DNA from: Tubulanus polymorphus
Taxonomy: Eukaryota; Animalia; Nemertea
Reading direction: 5' to 3'
Length of the DNA: 64,000 bases
Assembly: GCF_964204645.1 (NCBI RefSeq)
Contig: NC_134026.1
Span: forward strand, 27,438,150 to 27,502,149
The position numbers and the translations under genes are program-made. Positions within the stretch are counted from its first letter, which is position 1. Each line of letters starts with the position of its first letter. Shown piece after piece: positions 61,765-64,000 of the stretch. The notes beneath the pieces are model-generated. The model was not told where the DNA came from and ran no database searches. It was given only the letters and a program-made list of their open reading frames with translations.

Positions 61765-62899
61765 TACTTTTACAACTAAATGTTAATCTAAAAAAGAGTA
61801 TAACAAATAATGTAGTTCAGACAGCCAAAAAGTAGATATTTCATCCGCAAAAATATTCACAAATCCCGAATGCTTACTCCAGATGAGTGGCTGGATGTTT
61901 GGCACAGTATGATGGATGGATGCTGCCTGACTAAACACAGTTCACGTTATCAACAATTTAATGAAATATTTTTCGGTCTACACTTTCAAATCCCACAGCA
62001 ATGTAGGAAGCGAAGTAAATGCTATCTTGTCATGTTCTACAAATACGGCTTTGATTTTTCACGCAATCCAAACTACACCGCTAAATAATCTAGCAACTTA
62101 AAATACATTATTGATATGAATAAGGCACCGGGTAATTAACACATTCTAGTAGTGATTGAGCGCGATTAGGTCCTTTCCTAATAAGTAACTGCTATCGAGT
62201 TTGCTCAAAATCCTGAGATCACTTGTTAAAAGTTATCTATATCATTAATACTGCAACATCAATCCTACTCGCGAATTATATATATATCATTATGCGGGGT
62301 AATATACAGACTCCAGCGGCGAACATCAGAAGTCACGCTCAGGACCCTCCTCTGACTAAACAGAGAGAGGCTTTAGTTCTGTCACATCATCAAATCCAAT
62401 GAGCACTTCACTGTCGCATGTCTACCATTTATACTATCAGCACTGTTACGAATTCACAAGACGGTGTACAACAGAGAAGATTGATATTCATATGAATTCT
62501 TGAATAACTCAAGAACACAGTTGTCTGTCGAGGCGCCTAACAATGAAGATGCGAGCACCACCAATGCGTTACAATTAGTTGCGTAATTGTCACACTAAAT
62601 AATGAAATATTCCAGTCCTCTCTCCTTTCCACGGCAGATTAATCCCAATATTTTGTTTCAACTGTTCATGTCAACAACCAGAGCACATATATTCACAACT
62701 TTCTCTTCGTGTTGAAAAGGAGAAGCAATGCGTGGGTTCCCAATAACAACTACGAGTATGGATGATAGATAGCGAGTGCTGGCCTGCCTGCCCTGGGGAT
62801 GCACGATGTTTCAGGCGATTTATCAGTCAATATTGAACGCGATCCTACGAATTTTCGTTAGAAATTCTAACCATCATTGGCTCTTAATAACTCGGAATA

Positions 62900-63003
62900 G
62901 AATGCTCCGCTATCTAGGTGCTGTCATTCAGTGGCAAATGGGAAATTTCTTGAATTTTCTACTAAAATATCATTTTTTGCGGAAACGATGCAAGATGGCG
63001 GCG
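62900..63003. promoter_or_regulatory. Probable bidirectional promoter for the vasculin gene and TMEM69; YY1-type AAGATGGCGGC overlapping the TMEM69 ATG
   Basis: Genes are divergent, CpG is locally enriched, and caagatggcggcg occupies 62991-63003. Confidence 0.5.
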
Positions 63004-64000
63004 AGGTACCCGTTTGGACTGGTTCCGTCACTTCGCGGTCTCAGCCGAATTATATCAGAAATCAATTAAATAAAAGATTTATGATTTTTATTCAATTATG
63101 TTAATCGTATTAAATCCACGTTGCTTTATCTTAATTAGTTAAATATATATTCATCCAGGTGAATCTAGTCCCATATTAAAATTACCAAACATTCTCTACT
63201 TTGTAAACGCCTCCTCCAAACCAGGAAGTGATTGATAATTATTAAAAAATAATTTTTTGGAGGTAATTGACATACTAAACTGTAAACATACATTTTTCCG
63301 ACATAACTTGCCAGATTTTCTTGTGTAGAAACTATACATCTATACGTCTGTGTATGATGAATGTCAAATCTTATCGCGTTAGTAAGTAAGATGTCGCTTG
63401 TCAACATAATTGTAGTCTGGGTATATTGTGTTAAGCTGTCTGATATTGATATGAGCAACTACTATTCTCTATTCATTGGCGTTTTCATGAATTTTGGTTT
63501 TTTTACAGATTCATCATTGGCATGATGATAGTGAGGAGGCCTGCATTACTACTGTTGCAGCATTATCCCTTTTGGGCTGCTCGGCAATTCAGCTGGTATT
63601 CAACTTCATACAACCTTACAAAGATCAATGGAAGCTATTCAAAAATCTTTAATCAAGCTGATGACAATAGAAGCAAATTTTCGGTTTACACTGGAATGAC
63701 CTCAAAGTTGATCCATACAACTCCAACTAAACAAATTGAAGAAGACCATAAAACAAAAGCTCTAACTATATTCAAGGATCTACATAAAGTGCGCCATTCA
63801 CCTCTACCAGCATTGACTCTTGGATTATCAGGATTAATCCCATTTGTAGCAGTTCCTGGATGTATGATTTTCATGCAGACGTACTGTCCTGAATTAGCAT
63901 TTGCACAGGTAGCGTACGGTGCTAGTATACTATCATTTCTAGGAGGAGTTCGATGGGGATTGACTCTTCATACAGGGGGACAAATACAACCTAATTGGCA
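62995..64000 (+). CDS. TMEM69: Transmembrane protein 69 (DUF3429), partial; exons 62995-63005 and 63509->64000
   Basis: ATGGCGGCGAG|gt splices in frame to an exon encoding SPLPALTLGLSGLIPFVAVP...AQVAYGASILSFLGGVRWG...PNW. It is absent from the ORF track, probably because it has no stop in the window. Confidence 0.9.

Overview
Eukaryotic (AT-rich invertebrate animal, probably lophotrochozoan) genomic DNA with GT-AG spliced genes. I saw no prokaryotic features. Genes reconstructed by hand, in order: 5' half of a Shaw/Kv3-type K+ channel (-, runs off the left edge); M6/proteolipid-family tetraspan (+); two paralogous class A GPCRs, tail-to-tail; two tandem CD20/MS4A-like tetraspans (-); a 268-aa orphan ORF (-); AADAC/NCEH1-like esterase (-); coronin (+); zinc transporter ZnT7/SLC30A7 (+); vasculin/GPBP1-family gene (-) head-to-head with TMEM69 (+, runs off the right edge). 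Microsatellites, a triplet-based minisatellite and several small MITE/foldback elements are also present. Most notable: (1) coronin has three alternative terminal exons, each encoding a different coiled coil; (2) there are four candidate phase-0 first exons in front of the two MS4A-like bodies; (3) an intronic 18-nt ATG exon could give a T1-less Kv isoform; (4) the GPBP1/TMEM69 head-to-head pair matches the human arrangement; (5) both GPCRs have NGxxY instead of NPxxY. All gene models are manual and lack transcript support.
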